This document shows, in pieces, positions 19,394-27,779 of a stretch of 64,000 nucleotides of DNA. The notes beneath the pieces are model-generated. The model was not told the origin of the DNA. It ran no database searches and saw only the letters and a program-made list of their open reading frames with translations. Positions within the stretch are counted from its first letter, which is position 1. Each line of letters begins with the position of its first letter. Source of the DNA: Bythopirellula sp. (lineage in GTDB: Bacteria; Planctomycetota; Planctomycetia; Pirellulales; Lacipirellulaceae); assembly GCA_965216565.1 (NCBI GenBank), contig OZ244170.1:4608001-4672000 (forward strand), in the 5' to 3' direction. The position numbers and the translations under genes were made by a program.

Positions 19394-19710
19394 CACTCTT
19401 TGACATTTTCTGAGGTATGATGCCGGTACCGGCCGTCATCCACTGAGTCTCTCCAACCCCTATCGTCCCGTGGTTGCCGAGACTATCCACATGCTCTATT
19501 TCACCGGCAAGGACGGATGGTCGTCTCTATGCCTCGGTGTGGATGCCGCGGAAAGCCTTTGCTGTACTTTCTGGGGTCGTCGTTGTTCTTATCATCGAGC
19601 AACAAAAAAGGATCATACGGCGCAGTCTTTCCAAGTCCGAACCCGCGATGAAAATGAACTCCGATGCTCTCCACATGAAGCGCCACCTTGTTGATCGTTG
19701 AAACATTTGG
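19394..19710 (-). pseudogene. Pirin family pseudogene (frameshifted, 3'-truncated)
   Basis: DPFLLLDD..GFPRHPHRGIET, frameshift near 19516, then VLAGEIEHVDSLGN..G.TQWMTAGTGII; continues into the Cys-rich repeat. Confidence 0.85.
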
Positions 19711-19902
19711 CAGCTCTTTGGCTTTGGGCACTTCTGTCGCCTCTGAAGCTAGTTGGCTGGTGCTAAGCTCTGCAGCCAATGGAAATCCAGCGACCAATTG
19801 CGAGTGGAGCAAACTCCTTCGGTGTGAGGTGTGAGTTGACGCCGTCTGATTCCCGGAAGTCATCCATCACAGTTCCTTTCCGCCAGTAGTTCAATACTGA
19901 CC

Positions 19903-19931
19903 TTGACAAACAATCTGTTGCAACATACTTT
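19903..19931 (+). promoter_or_regulatory. Sigma70-like promoter of the yceI operon with a palindrome in the spacer (possible MarR site)
   Basis: TTGACA-N17-TACTTT; perfect palindrome TGTTGCAACA at 19916-19925. Confidence 0.6.
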
Positions 19932-20095
19932 ATGCCAAGGTGGTTGATTGGTCGGTCCGAGTTTACGGAACATGAAAGGAAGTACTATTAGCAGCAGCAT
20001 CCGCGAATCACAGATCTAGCCATTGTTGTTTCGGGGAGCCGCGTCCGACCCATTTACCTGTTCTAACATCCACATTCACGTTTCGAGGGATTTGA

Positions 20096-20674
20096 TTGAT
20101 GATCAACCGATCTATTCTTACAATTTTTCTGGCAATGCTTGCTTTTGGCAGTCAACCGGTGGTTGCACAATCAGCTGATTATGACCTGGATCCGTCACAC
20201 ACTTCACTGGTGTTCTCGACGAGCCATTTTGGCTACAGCTATACTTTTGGCCGTTTCAACAAATTGGCCGGTGCATTCCGCTTCGACAAAAACAACCCCT
20301 CTGCAAGCGCGTTTACCGTCGAAATCGACGCAGCTTCGCTTGATACCAATGACAAGAAACGCGATGAGCATTTACAGAGCCCAGATTTCTTCGATGTCCG
20401 CCAGTTTCCCAAGATCGCGTTTCAGACGACTAGCGTTACTGCGTCAGGGAAAGACTTAAAACTGACAGGCAATATGACACTACACGGTGTGACTAAGGAG
20501 GTCACTATTCCGCTGAAGTATCTTGGAGAAGGCAACGGTCCTTACGGGAAGTATCGATGTGGATTCTATTCAAACTTCAGAATCAAGCGTAGCGAGTTTG
20601 GCATGAAGGGGATGCTGGAGGCAATCGGAGATGACATCAATATTATATTTAGCTTTGAAGGTGTTCAACGGTAA
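20096..20674 (+). CDS. yceI: YceI family protein with signal peptide
   Basis: YDLDPSHTSLVF...HFG, SLDTNDKKRDEHLQSPDFFDV.QFP.I.F, GNMTLHGVTKEV. Confidence 0.92.
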   Translation: MMINRSILTIFLAMLAFGSQPVVAQSADYDLDPSHTSLVFSTSHFGYSYTFGRFNKLAGAFRFDKNNPSASAFTVEIDAASLDTNDKKRDEHLQSPDFFDVRQFPKIAFQTTSVTASGKDLKLTGNMTLHGVTKEVTIPLKYLGEGNGPYGKYRCGFYSNFRIKRSEFGMKGMLEAIGDDINIIFSFEGVQR

Positions 20675-21678
20675 TGGTATTTCCCGTCGAGTTGATTACC
20701 TTTGTTGGCCTGCCACTGATTGTTGGCTTGGCATTGGCGTTCAGCCTTCATAAGTTGCACATCCATATCGCCACTTCTGCAGCATGTTGGGTGGCTGTTG
20801 TACTAACTTACTGGCTACGATTCGCACTTGATGAAGCATCAGCGAATGGACAACCCTTGTTCGCGTCAGGCGGCGTAAGCGAGCCCGCGCTAGCAGCCGG
20901 GATGACGATACTCATTCCGACAACAGCGATTCAGTGGGTACCGTGGTGTGCAACGGCCCTCTTTATGCTCTATGGTCTCATGATGTTTTTCAGGGAGCGA
21001 ATCACAGCAGGGTTGCATAGAGAAGAAGGCAATTCTGCAAGGCACGATCTACGGTTCGTTCGTAAACAGGGGAATCTGCTCGGTTTCACCTTGGTGTTTT
21101 TAGTATTTGCTTTGGCAATCACCAGGATGCTTTGGACGAGCATCTATTTTACTGACAGTTACTCGCTGCCGCTCAAACTTGGGTTCGTTGCCATTCCGGC
21201 TTGTGTATTGGGAACTGGTTCGTATGGTTTCGCCGTGAGTTTGCCAATTCAGATGAGAGTCTCGAAGCAGGTCGTGATTCTTGCACTCGCGGTGTGCTCG
21301 TGCGGTATTCTTGCTACTTCTGGGACGCTGAAATATGCCATGCTGGGAGCAAGCGGCATCATCGCCGCATGCATTCCTCTTGCACTTGTTCGTCGAGCCT
21401 CAGCAAACTTGCCCGCCGAAGGGATGATTCTGTCGGCGGCAATTGGCTTGCCGCTAGTTCTTGGCTACTTTTTTGCGGAAGTGTCTAATGCAAGTATTGT
21501 GCTTTGCGGATTATCTTTTGTATGCACCGCGCTACTCAAGTATTGTCAATATCGAGGTTTGAAATCGGCAGCGTTTGCTCTTCTGTTATCAGTGCCTGCA
21601 CTCATTGCTCTATCTATTAGTGGGTACGGATTTTACATGGAAGTATTTGCTGAGCCGGTCAATCCTTACCGTAACTGA
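20674..21678 (+). CDS. Hypothetical polytopic membrane protein
   Basis: Many hydrophobic segments; start overlaps the yceI stop (TAATG). Confidence 0.75.
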   Translation: MVFPVELITFVGLPLIVGLALAFSLHKLHIHIATSAACWVAVVLTYWLRFALDEASANGQPLFASGGVSEPALAAGMTILIPTTAIQWVPWCATALFMLYGLMMFFRERITAGLHREEGNSARHDLRFVRKQGNLLGFTLVFLVFALAITRMLWTSIYFTDSYSLPLKLGFVAIPACVLGTGSYGFAVSLPIQMRVSKQVVILALAVCSCGILATSGTLKYAMLGASGIIAACIPLALVRRASANLPAEGMILSAAIGLPLVLGYFFAEVSNASIVLCGLSFVCTALLKYCQYRGLKSAAFALLLSVPALIALSISGYGFYMEVFAEPVNPYRN

Positions 21679-21737
21679 ACGCCAATCTGTCAGCGTAGTC
21701 GGTTACTCCTCTATTCCGAATCTGCTATGATCCGATT

Positions 21738-22229
21738 ATGTCCAAAAAGAGTGCAAGAAAGTCAGGGCTCGCAGCCGAAATCGGCAAGAAGGGCTCCTTT
21801 GATACCCCAGAACAAGAGGCCTTTTTGAATTTGGCGAAGTCCTACGGCATGTTGGCAACGCAATTCAACCAATTCTTCAGGGAGCAGAATTTAACGGCAC
21901 CGCAATACAACGTTTTGCGCATCCTTCGAGGCCATGGAAATCCCGTTTCGGTCTACCAAATCGGTGACGAGATGATTACACGTCAATCTGACATGCCACG
22001 TTTGATCGAGCGACTGGAGGCTACCGGTCTCGTGACAAAAACACGCTGCGAGAACGATCGTCGAGTTATGTGGGTTAACCTTACCAAGACCGGCAAATCA
22101 TTACTAAAGAAGATCGATCAACCGCTAGGCGAGCTTCACCGTCAGCAATTGGGGCACCTGAACCCAGAGCAGCTAACTCAGCTAAGCCACTTACTCTCGT
22201 TGGCTCGTCATCCGAAGGATCGCGAGTAG
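21738..22229 (+). CDS. MarR family regulator
   Basis: LTAPQYNVLRILRG...RLIERLE..GLV...DRRV..V.LT..G. Confidence 0.93.
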   Translation: MSKKSARKSGLAAEIGKKGSFDTPEQEAFLNLAKSYGMLATQFNQFFREQNLTAPQYNVLRILRGHGNPVSVYQIGDEMITRQSDMPRLIERLEATGLVTKTRCENDRRVMWVNLTKTGKSLLKKIDQPLGELHRQQLGHLNPEQLTQLSHLLSLARHPKDRE

Positions 22230-22306
22230 GACGGGAAGCACTCTCGACAATCCCAAGTAAGCTTAGGCCCTCGTCGTACCGCCCACGTGTAGCCAAGACT
22301 GAGTGA

Positions 22307-22741
22307 TCAGTCGGTCTTGCAGGTGCAATTCCCAGGCCGCAGCCAATGACACGGCACCAGCGGCACGCACTTGTACCATGCGTTAGAAAAGGGACGACAA
22401 AGCGAGGGCAGCGGCTTGGGGCAGTAATCGTCCCGACAACAAGACTTTGCAGGACACGGCAGTACCAAGTATCGCTTGGGACAATACTTGTCGGGACAGC
22501 AGCATGCAACCGGAGAGACGCAGGGTACGGGTTTGCAGATGTAATCGTTGGGGCAACATAATGGGAAATCGCCTACGCCGCCGTGAGTCTTACGCGGCCA
22601 AACCTCGCTTCCGCAAGAAATCTCCTCAGCCAAAACCCCAGCAGTCCCAGCTGCCAGGACAACTATGGCAAACAACCCTCCCAGGTACGCCGAAAGCTGT
22701 TGCACGCAAACTCTCATTCGTAAGTCGTATGCTAATCTCAC
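22307..22741 (-). CDS. Small exported Cys-rich protein with CCP[DN]xYxxKP-type repeats
   Basis: Hydrophobic N-terminal segment then three CC.D/N.Y..K repeats; start overlaps the upstream outer-membrane gene stop. Confidence 0.7.
   Translation of the reverse strand: MRLAYDLRMRVCVQQLSAYLGGLFAIVVLAAGTAGVLAEEISCGSEVWPRKTHGGVGDFPLCCPNDYICKPVPCVSPVACCCPDKYCPKRYLVLPCPAKSCCRDDYCPKPLPSLCRPFSNAWYKCVPLVPCHWLRPGNCTCKTD
22338..22565. repeat. Copy B of the approximately 230-bp direct repeat
   Basis: Homologous to 19165-19393. Confidence 0.9.
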
Positions 22742-24369
22742 GGTTGCTCCAATTCTGGTTCTGGTAGTGGTGCAATTATCCCTTCGTGGGTGGGTAGTGT
22801 TACTGGGTCGTCAGGGAAATGGAACAACGGTTGCGAGGCTACCGAAGGGTCGAGTCGGATTTCCCAACCGCCACCCAGAGCCCGATACAGGTCGACCAGG
22901 CTTTGAGCAGCATTGCCCCGAGCGACCGCGAGCAATTCTTGCTGGCCAAGGAGCAACTGCTGAACGGTGAACAGGCGGTTAAAGTCGATCTCGCCCTCCC
23001 GGTACTTGATCTGGGCTACCCGCTCAGCTTGACGCGCCTGGCGGGCGCTTTCTTCCCGCACTCTCACCTGGTCCGTGAAGTGCAGATACGCAACGATCGC
23101 GTTTTCCGCTTCTTCATTGGCTTGCAGTATCGTCTGTTGGTAGTTCGCGACCAGTTGCTGGAATCTGGCATCCTGGATGCGAATGTTGTTCAACAGCCGA
23201 CCGTAATTGAGGACGTTCCACCGCAGAGACGGCCCAATAGCCCCTCCAAAGGCACTGCTCTTGAAGACGTCACTGAATTGACCGGCCTCCCAAGCCATTG
23301 TTCCATTAATCGAGATATGCGGGTACAGTTCGGATTGAGCGATCCCTATCTCCGCGCTCTTGGCCGCGACCAGTCGTTCGGCGCGACGCACATCGGGCCG
23401 TCGCCAAATCAATTCGGCAGGTACGCCCACGGCCACTTGATCCGAAGCGTGGGGAATCGGAGCTGGGCCGTCCAGAATGTACGTCAGATCATGCGGGGGC
23501 ATGCCCAGCAGCACCGCCAGCCGATTTTGAGTCTGTCGTCGTTGAATCTCAATGGCTTCAACAGCCGCCAAGGTATTTCCCAGATTCGCCTTGGCTTGCG
23601 GGGCATCCAGTTCGCTGTCGGCCGCTTTCGCGTCCATCCGAGCCTGAGCTACGCGAACGCTTTCCTCTTGAAGGACGGCATTTTCGCGAGCAACTTCGAG
23701 ACGCTGCTCCACCGCCCGCAGTTCCACGTATGTCGTAGCCACTTCTCCAATAAGTACGACGATCGCGTCATCGAATTCTTCAACTGAACTGTCCAGCCGA
23801 GCGTCGGCGGCCTCAATGGCACGGCGATAACGGCCCCAGAAGTCCAACTCCCAGGCGAGACTACTGCCCACTCTCCAATTGCTAAATTGCGGTGCCGCCA
23901 GATTTGCAAACGGTGAACCGGCAGGAATTGATGGGAACAGGGCCGTCTCCTGACTGCGATTCGTGCGCGTGTAATCGGCAATGACCTCCTGGACCTGTGG
24001 AAAGAGATTGCCTGCCACGACCCCGCGCTGGGCCTGGGCTTCTGCGACACGGAAACCAGCTTCGCGCAGCGTGATATTTTGCGAGTACGCTGTCTGCACA
24101 AGGCGGTTGAGCACCGGATCGTTGAAGACCGTCCACCAATTGCGGTAATCCCCTGGCTCGCTGGAAATCTGCGAATTTTGCGAGTCAATCCAATCGTCGG
24201 CCACCGGTGCGGCAGGCCGCTTGTAGTTGGGGCCGACTTTGAATCCGTTGTGAACGTATTCGCGCACGCTGGTGCAGCCCGTCGCAAAGATGAGCGTCAG
24301 AAACCACACCGGCGCGAGGGCAGCGACTCGCCATAAACTAAAAGACATCTTCCGGTCCTCCGTGACCAA
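22738..24369 (-). CDS. Efflux outer-membrane lipoprotein (NodT/OprM/TolC family)
   Basis: Lipobox ATGC, VGPNYKRP, WW..FNDPVL..L, WELDFWGR.RR, RRPDVRRAE, LYRALGGGW. Confidence 0.93.
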   Translation of the reverse strand: MVTEDRKMSFSLWRVAALAPVWFLTLIFATGCTSVREYVHNGFKVGPNYKRPAAPVADDWIDSQNSQISSEPGDYRNWWTVFNDPVLNRLVQTAYSQNITLREAGFRVAEAQAQRGVVAGNLFPQVQEVIADYTRTNRSQETALFPSIPAGSPFANLAAPQFSNWRVGSSLAWELDFWGRYRRAIEAADARLDSSVEEFDDAIVVLIGEVATTYVELRAVEQRLEVARENAVLQEESVRVAQARMDAKAADSELDAPQAKANLGNTLAAVEAIEIQRRQTQNRLAVLLGMPPHDLTYILDGPAPIPHASDQVAVGVPAELIWRRPDVRRAERLVAAKSAEIGIAQSELYPHISINGTMAWEAGQFSDVFKSSAFGGAIGPSLRWNVLNYGRLLNNIRIQDARFQQLVANYQQTILQANEEAENAIVAYLHFTDQVRVREESARQARQAERVAQIKYREGEIDFNRLFTVQQLLLGQQELLAVARGNAAQSLVDLYRALGGGWEIRLDPSVASQPLFHFPDDPVTLPTHEGIIAPLPEPELEQP

Positions 24370-24542
24370 TCATTCTTCCCCCTGTCGCCCGCTTCGAAAT
24401 GGCTTGTGCGAGACGCGGGTAAATTTTCGGACCAGACAGTCCGCAAAATAGTTATCGACCAAATCCTCGCTCGCCTTGATGCATTCGGTGCGTTCGGCAC
24501 CACCCCAACGCCGCCAAGAGGGTTACAACGACTGTTTCGGTC

Positions 24543-24590
24543 TTGACGAGGCGACGATGCCAGGATATTATATGACGGACCAGTCCGTCA
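24543..24590 (+). promoter_or_regulatory. Sigma70-like promoter followed by a palindromic TetR-type operator
   Basis: TTGACG-N17-TATTAT (24543-24571), then TGACGGAC-CA-GTCCGTCA (24573-24590). Confidence 0.75.
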
Positions 24591-24633
24591 CTTATTATGA
24601 TTCTGTAGTGTGATCCGTGTGGAGTAGGGAAAA

Positions 24634-25710
24634 ATGGAATACAGGACGCAAGGGACAAACGTTCAAACCTTGATCAAGTTGTCAATTCTTCTAATGGTAC
24701 CGGGCATGACGTGGCGGGCAGCCGAGTCGTCCCCGCCGGAAGATGCGCAGCCCACTGATCGGTCCACGGTTACGTTTGCCGCTAGCAGTGCAAGCGTCTT
24801 TGCACCGACATCGCGCTATTCGCAGGAATCGCCGCTCAACGCACATACGCCATCCCCAGGGGGCATCGCTCTGGTAGACCCACACGGCACCCCACCCTCG
24901 GACGGCACACTTGATTCGCTATCCTGGTGTGCTGCCGACGGGGAGCCTTGGAGCCTTCAATTGCTGCCGGATGGGCTGATGTACCGCTCCTACCTGGCTG
25001 GTTCCCGCGAACCACGGTTCGGGTATGAATGGCTCTATGACACCAATCGCGAGAAATGGGTCAACGAGGTTGCCCTCGGCGGCCGGATGGGTGTCCTGCG
25101 GTTCGGAAACCGTGACCCGCAATCACTGCAAGGCTGGCAGCTTGACATCGAAGGAGCAGCATTCCCTCGTCTGGCTGCTGGGAGTCTGGACCTTGTTGCA
25201 GCCGACTTCCGCTTCGGCATCCCATTGACTTTGCGTCGGGGCCCCTACCAAGCCAAACTCGCCTTCTATCACCTGAGTTCACACGCTGGGGACGAGTTCC
25301 TCCTCAACGCTCCCCCCGACTTTAACCGGATCAACTTCAGCCGCAATGCGCTCGTTCTGGGCACTGGCTACTATCCCCATCCTGACTTTCGACTGTATAC
25401 AGAGGTCGGGTTCGGGCTTCTCAACGATGGGGGCAATCAGCCGTGGGAGTTCCAATTCGGGGCCGAGTATCGTCCGTCCCAGCCCACCGGCCTGTGGGGC
25501 GCGCCATTCTGGGCCGTCAATGCCCACCTGCGGGAGGAAGTAGATTTTGGTGGGAGCATCACTGCCGAAGCGGGGTGGGCCTGGCGAGGTCTGAACTCCG
25601 GCCACTTGTTTCGGGCCGGCTTCCAATACTTCAACGGCCATACGCGCCAATTTGAGTTTTTGGGGCGCACCGAGGAGTTGGTCGGGATGGGCATCTGGTC
25701 CGATTTTTGA
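24634..25710 (+). CDS. DUF1207-family putative outer-membrane beta-barrel protein
   Basis: LLPDGLMYRSYLAG.REPR, DFRFGIPLT, YHLSSH.GDEF, C-terminal Phe. Confidence 0.8.
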   Translation: MEYRTQGTNVQTLIKLSILLMVPGMTWRAAESSPPEDAQPTDRSTVTFAASSASVFAPTSRYSQESPLNAHTPSPGGIALVDPHGTPPSDGTLDSLSWCAADGEPWSLQLLPDGLMYRSYLAGSREPRFGYEWLYDTNREKWVNEVALGGRMGVLRFGNRDPQSLQGWQLDIEGAAFPRLAAGSLDLVAADFRFGIPLTLRRGPYQAKLAFYHLSSHAGDEFLLNAPPDFNRINFSRNALVLGTGYYPHPDFRLYTEVGFGLLNDGGNQPWEFQFGAEYRPSQPTGLWGAPFWAVNAHLREEVDFGGSITAEAGWAWRGLNSGHLFRAGFQYFNGHTRQFEFLGRTEELVGMGIWSDF

Positions 25711-25773
25711 CGGACCAGTCCGTCTTGAAATACCGCCCTACCCATGCTATTTTGTTGACGGACTAGTCAGTCA
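25708..25773 (+). promoter_or_regulatory. Promoter flanked by two TetR-type operators
   Basis: TGACGGACCAGTCCGTCT (25708-25725), TTGAAA-N17-TATTTT with TG extension, TGACGGACTAGTCAGTCA (25756-25773). Confidence 0.75.
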
Positions 25774-25782
25774 GGAGATTTC

Positions 25783-26433
25783 ATGAATGCCAGCCAGAAC
25801 AGCCGCAGACGCCCCGTTGACAAGGAACTATGGGACCGCCGGAGCGACAAAATCCTCGACGTGGCAGCCACGCTCTTTGCGGAGCGTGGCTACGCCGGAG
25901 CCGACACCCAAGAGTTGGCTGATCGCGTCGGCGTCGGAAAAGGGACGCTGTATCGGTACTTTCCCAGCAAGAGGGATCTGTTTCTGGCAGCGGCCGACCG
26001 TGCGATGCGGCGACTCCGCGAGTACCTCGACGCGGCAGTAGCCGCTCGCGACGATCCTCTGGGGCAGATTGCCGCAGCGATTGAGGCCTTCCTCGGGTTC
26101 TTCGACGAACACCCTGAATTCGCCGAACTCCTGATCCAGGAACGCGCTCTGTTCCGTGATCGCAAAAAACTCACCTATATCGAGCACCGCGAGAAAAACC
26201 TTGGGCGATGGCAGCAGCTGTACCAAGCTCTCATTGAAGCGGGGCGGGTGCGCGCCATGCCAGTTCATCGCATCACATCGGTCATCAGCGACCTTGTTTA
26301 CGGAACCATGTTCACAAACCATGTCGCCGGCCGACAGAAAGCCTTGCGCGAGCAGGCCAACGACATTGTCGATATCGTCTTCTGCGGGATTCTCTCTGAT
26401 TCCGAGCGAAGACGCCGAGAGGAGAACGAATGA
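25783..26433 (+). CDS. TetR/AcrR family regulator (paralog of 18232-18885)
   Basis: GVGKGTLYRYFPSK; shares ELLI.ERA.FRDRK..TY..HRE.NLG.W and YGTMFTN with the first TetR. Confidence 0.95.
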   Translation: MNASQNSRRRPVDKELWDRRSDKILDVAATLFAERGYAGADTQELADRVGVGKGTLYRYFPSKRDLFLAAADRAMRRLREYLDAAVAARDDPLGQIAAAIEAFLGFFDEHPEFAELLIQERALFRDRKKLTYIEHREKNLGRWQQLYQALIEAGRVRAMPVHRITSVISDLVYGTMFTNHVAGRQKALREQANDIVDIVFCGILSDSERRRREENE

Positions 26434-27716
26434 GCCGAAACTTTAGGACACTCTCGCCGATCATTCGCCGAACAGCCAACGACGTTAGGAGCGACCCCAT
26501 CAATATGGCTGGTCGGAGCTGGCCCGGCCGCCTTTGGTCGGCCGTGTTGTTGGCAGGCGCAGTATTTGGCTTCGCGGGATGCAAGGGCGAAGACCAAGCG
26601 GGTCCTGCGGCAATCGCGCCACCGCCGCCAAAGGTGCTCGTGAGCCATCCGGTCGAGCGTCCGTTGGCCGAGACACGCGAATACACAGGGCATCTCGAAG
26701 CTGTCGAGACGGTCTCTATTCGGGCGCGGGTGCGCGGTGTACTACAAGAAATCCACTTCGAGGAAGGAGCCGAAGTGAAACAGGGGGCACTGCTCTACGA
26801 ACTTGATCCCAGGGAGTATCAGGCGGCGGTCGACGAAAAGCTAGCAGAGATTGCACGCTTCGAACAGGAGTTACAACTCGCCCAGTCCGAAGCAAAACGC
26901 TCGTCGGAACTGTTTGCTCAGAACGCGACATCGAAAGAGACTTGGGAATCGAAACAGACCAAATTGGCGGTCACTAAGGCGGAGTTGCAAAAAGCCCGCG
27001 CCACATTCAAGCAGGCGGAACTCAGTTTGAGTTACACGAAAATCCATGCGCCCATTTCAGGTCGTGTCGGGCGTACGCTCATGACGATGGGCAACCTGGT
27101 CGGTTACAACGAACCGACACTGTTGACAACCATCGTTAGGATGGATCCGATTTATGTCCATTTCGAAATTCCGGAGCGCGATCTGCTCCAATTAGAGCAG
27201 ACGGATCAGGTACAGTCTCCGTCGTGGTCGCTGGTGCAGGCGCAGCTCTCCATCGGTCTGGAAACGGAATCGGGCTATCCTCACGCTGGAGTAATCAACT
27301 TCCGGGATAACCACGTCGAATCTGAAACGGGAACCGTTCTCGTTCGCGGGATGTTGCCCAATCCGGACAGAAAGTTGGTTCCAGGGTTATTCACCCGCAT
27401 CCAGATTCCAGTCGGTCCGCCCAAGCCACGGTTGCTCATCCCCGAAACTTCGCTCGCCGCCGACCAACGTGGTCGCTATGTGCTTGTCGTCAAGACCGAC
27501 AACACCGTTGAGCAGCGACCAGTCCACATCGAGGTAAATCTGGAACACAGGGGTTTCTTACCGATTCGCGAAGGGTTGACCGCCAAGGATCGGGTCATTG
27601 TGAGCGGCCTTCAAAAAGCCCGTCCTGGGGCCAAAGTCGCTCCCCAACTTGTCGAGCCGGATCAAGTCGTATCTGTGGCGGGCACACCGTTGCAGAAGCC
27701 ATCGGAGCGCAAGTAA
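26430..27716 (+). CDS. RND periplasmic adaptor (MexE/AcrA-like)
   Basis: Lipobox-like FAGC, IRARVRG.L, IHAPISGRVGR, ETGTV.VRG..PNPD..L.PG.F. Confidence 0.93.
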   Translation: MSRNFRTLSPIIRRTANDVRSDPINMAGRSWPGRLWSAVLLAGAVFGFAGCKGEDQAGPAAIAPPPPKVLVSHPVERPLAETREYTGHLEAVETVSIRARVRGVLQEIHFEEGAEVKQGALLYELDPREYQAAVDEKLAEIARFEQELQLAQSEAKRSSELFAQNATSKETWESKQTKLAVTKAELQKARATFKQAELSLSYTKIHAPISGRVGRTLMTMGNLVGYNEPTLLTTIVRMDPIYVHFEIPERDLLQLEQTDQVQSPSWSLVQAQLSIGLETESGYPHAGVINFRDNHVESETGTVLVRGMLPNPDRKLVPGLFTRIQIPVGPPKPRLLIPETSLAADQRGRYVLVVKTDNTVEQRPVHIEVNLEHRGFLPIREGLTAKDRVIVSGLQKARPGAKVAPQLVEPDQVVSVAGTPLQKPSERK

Positions 27717-27779
27717 CACCGTTGCGCATCGGCGCTGCATTGAACCACCCTAGTGCGGGCTAAAGAGGTTTAGCATTCC

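Noticed and set aside
22819..23787. 322-aa plus-strand ORF
   Set aside because: Antisense shadow of the outer-membrane efflux gene
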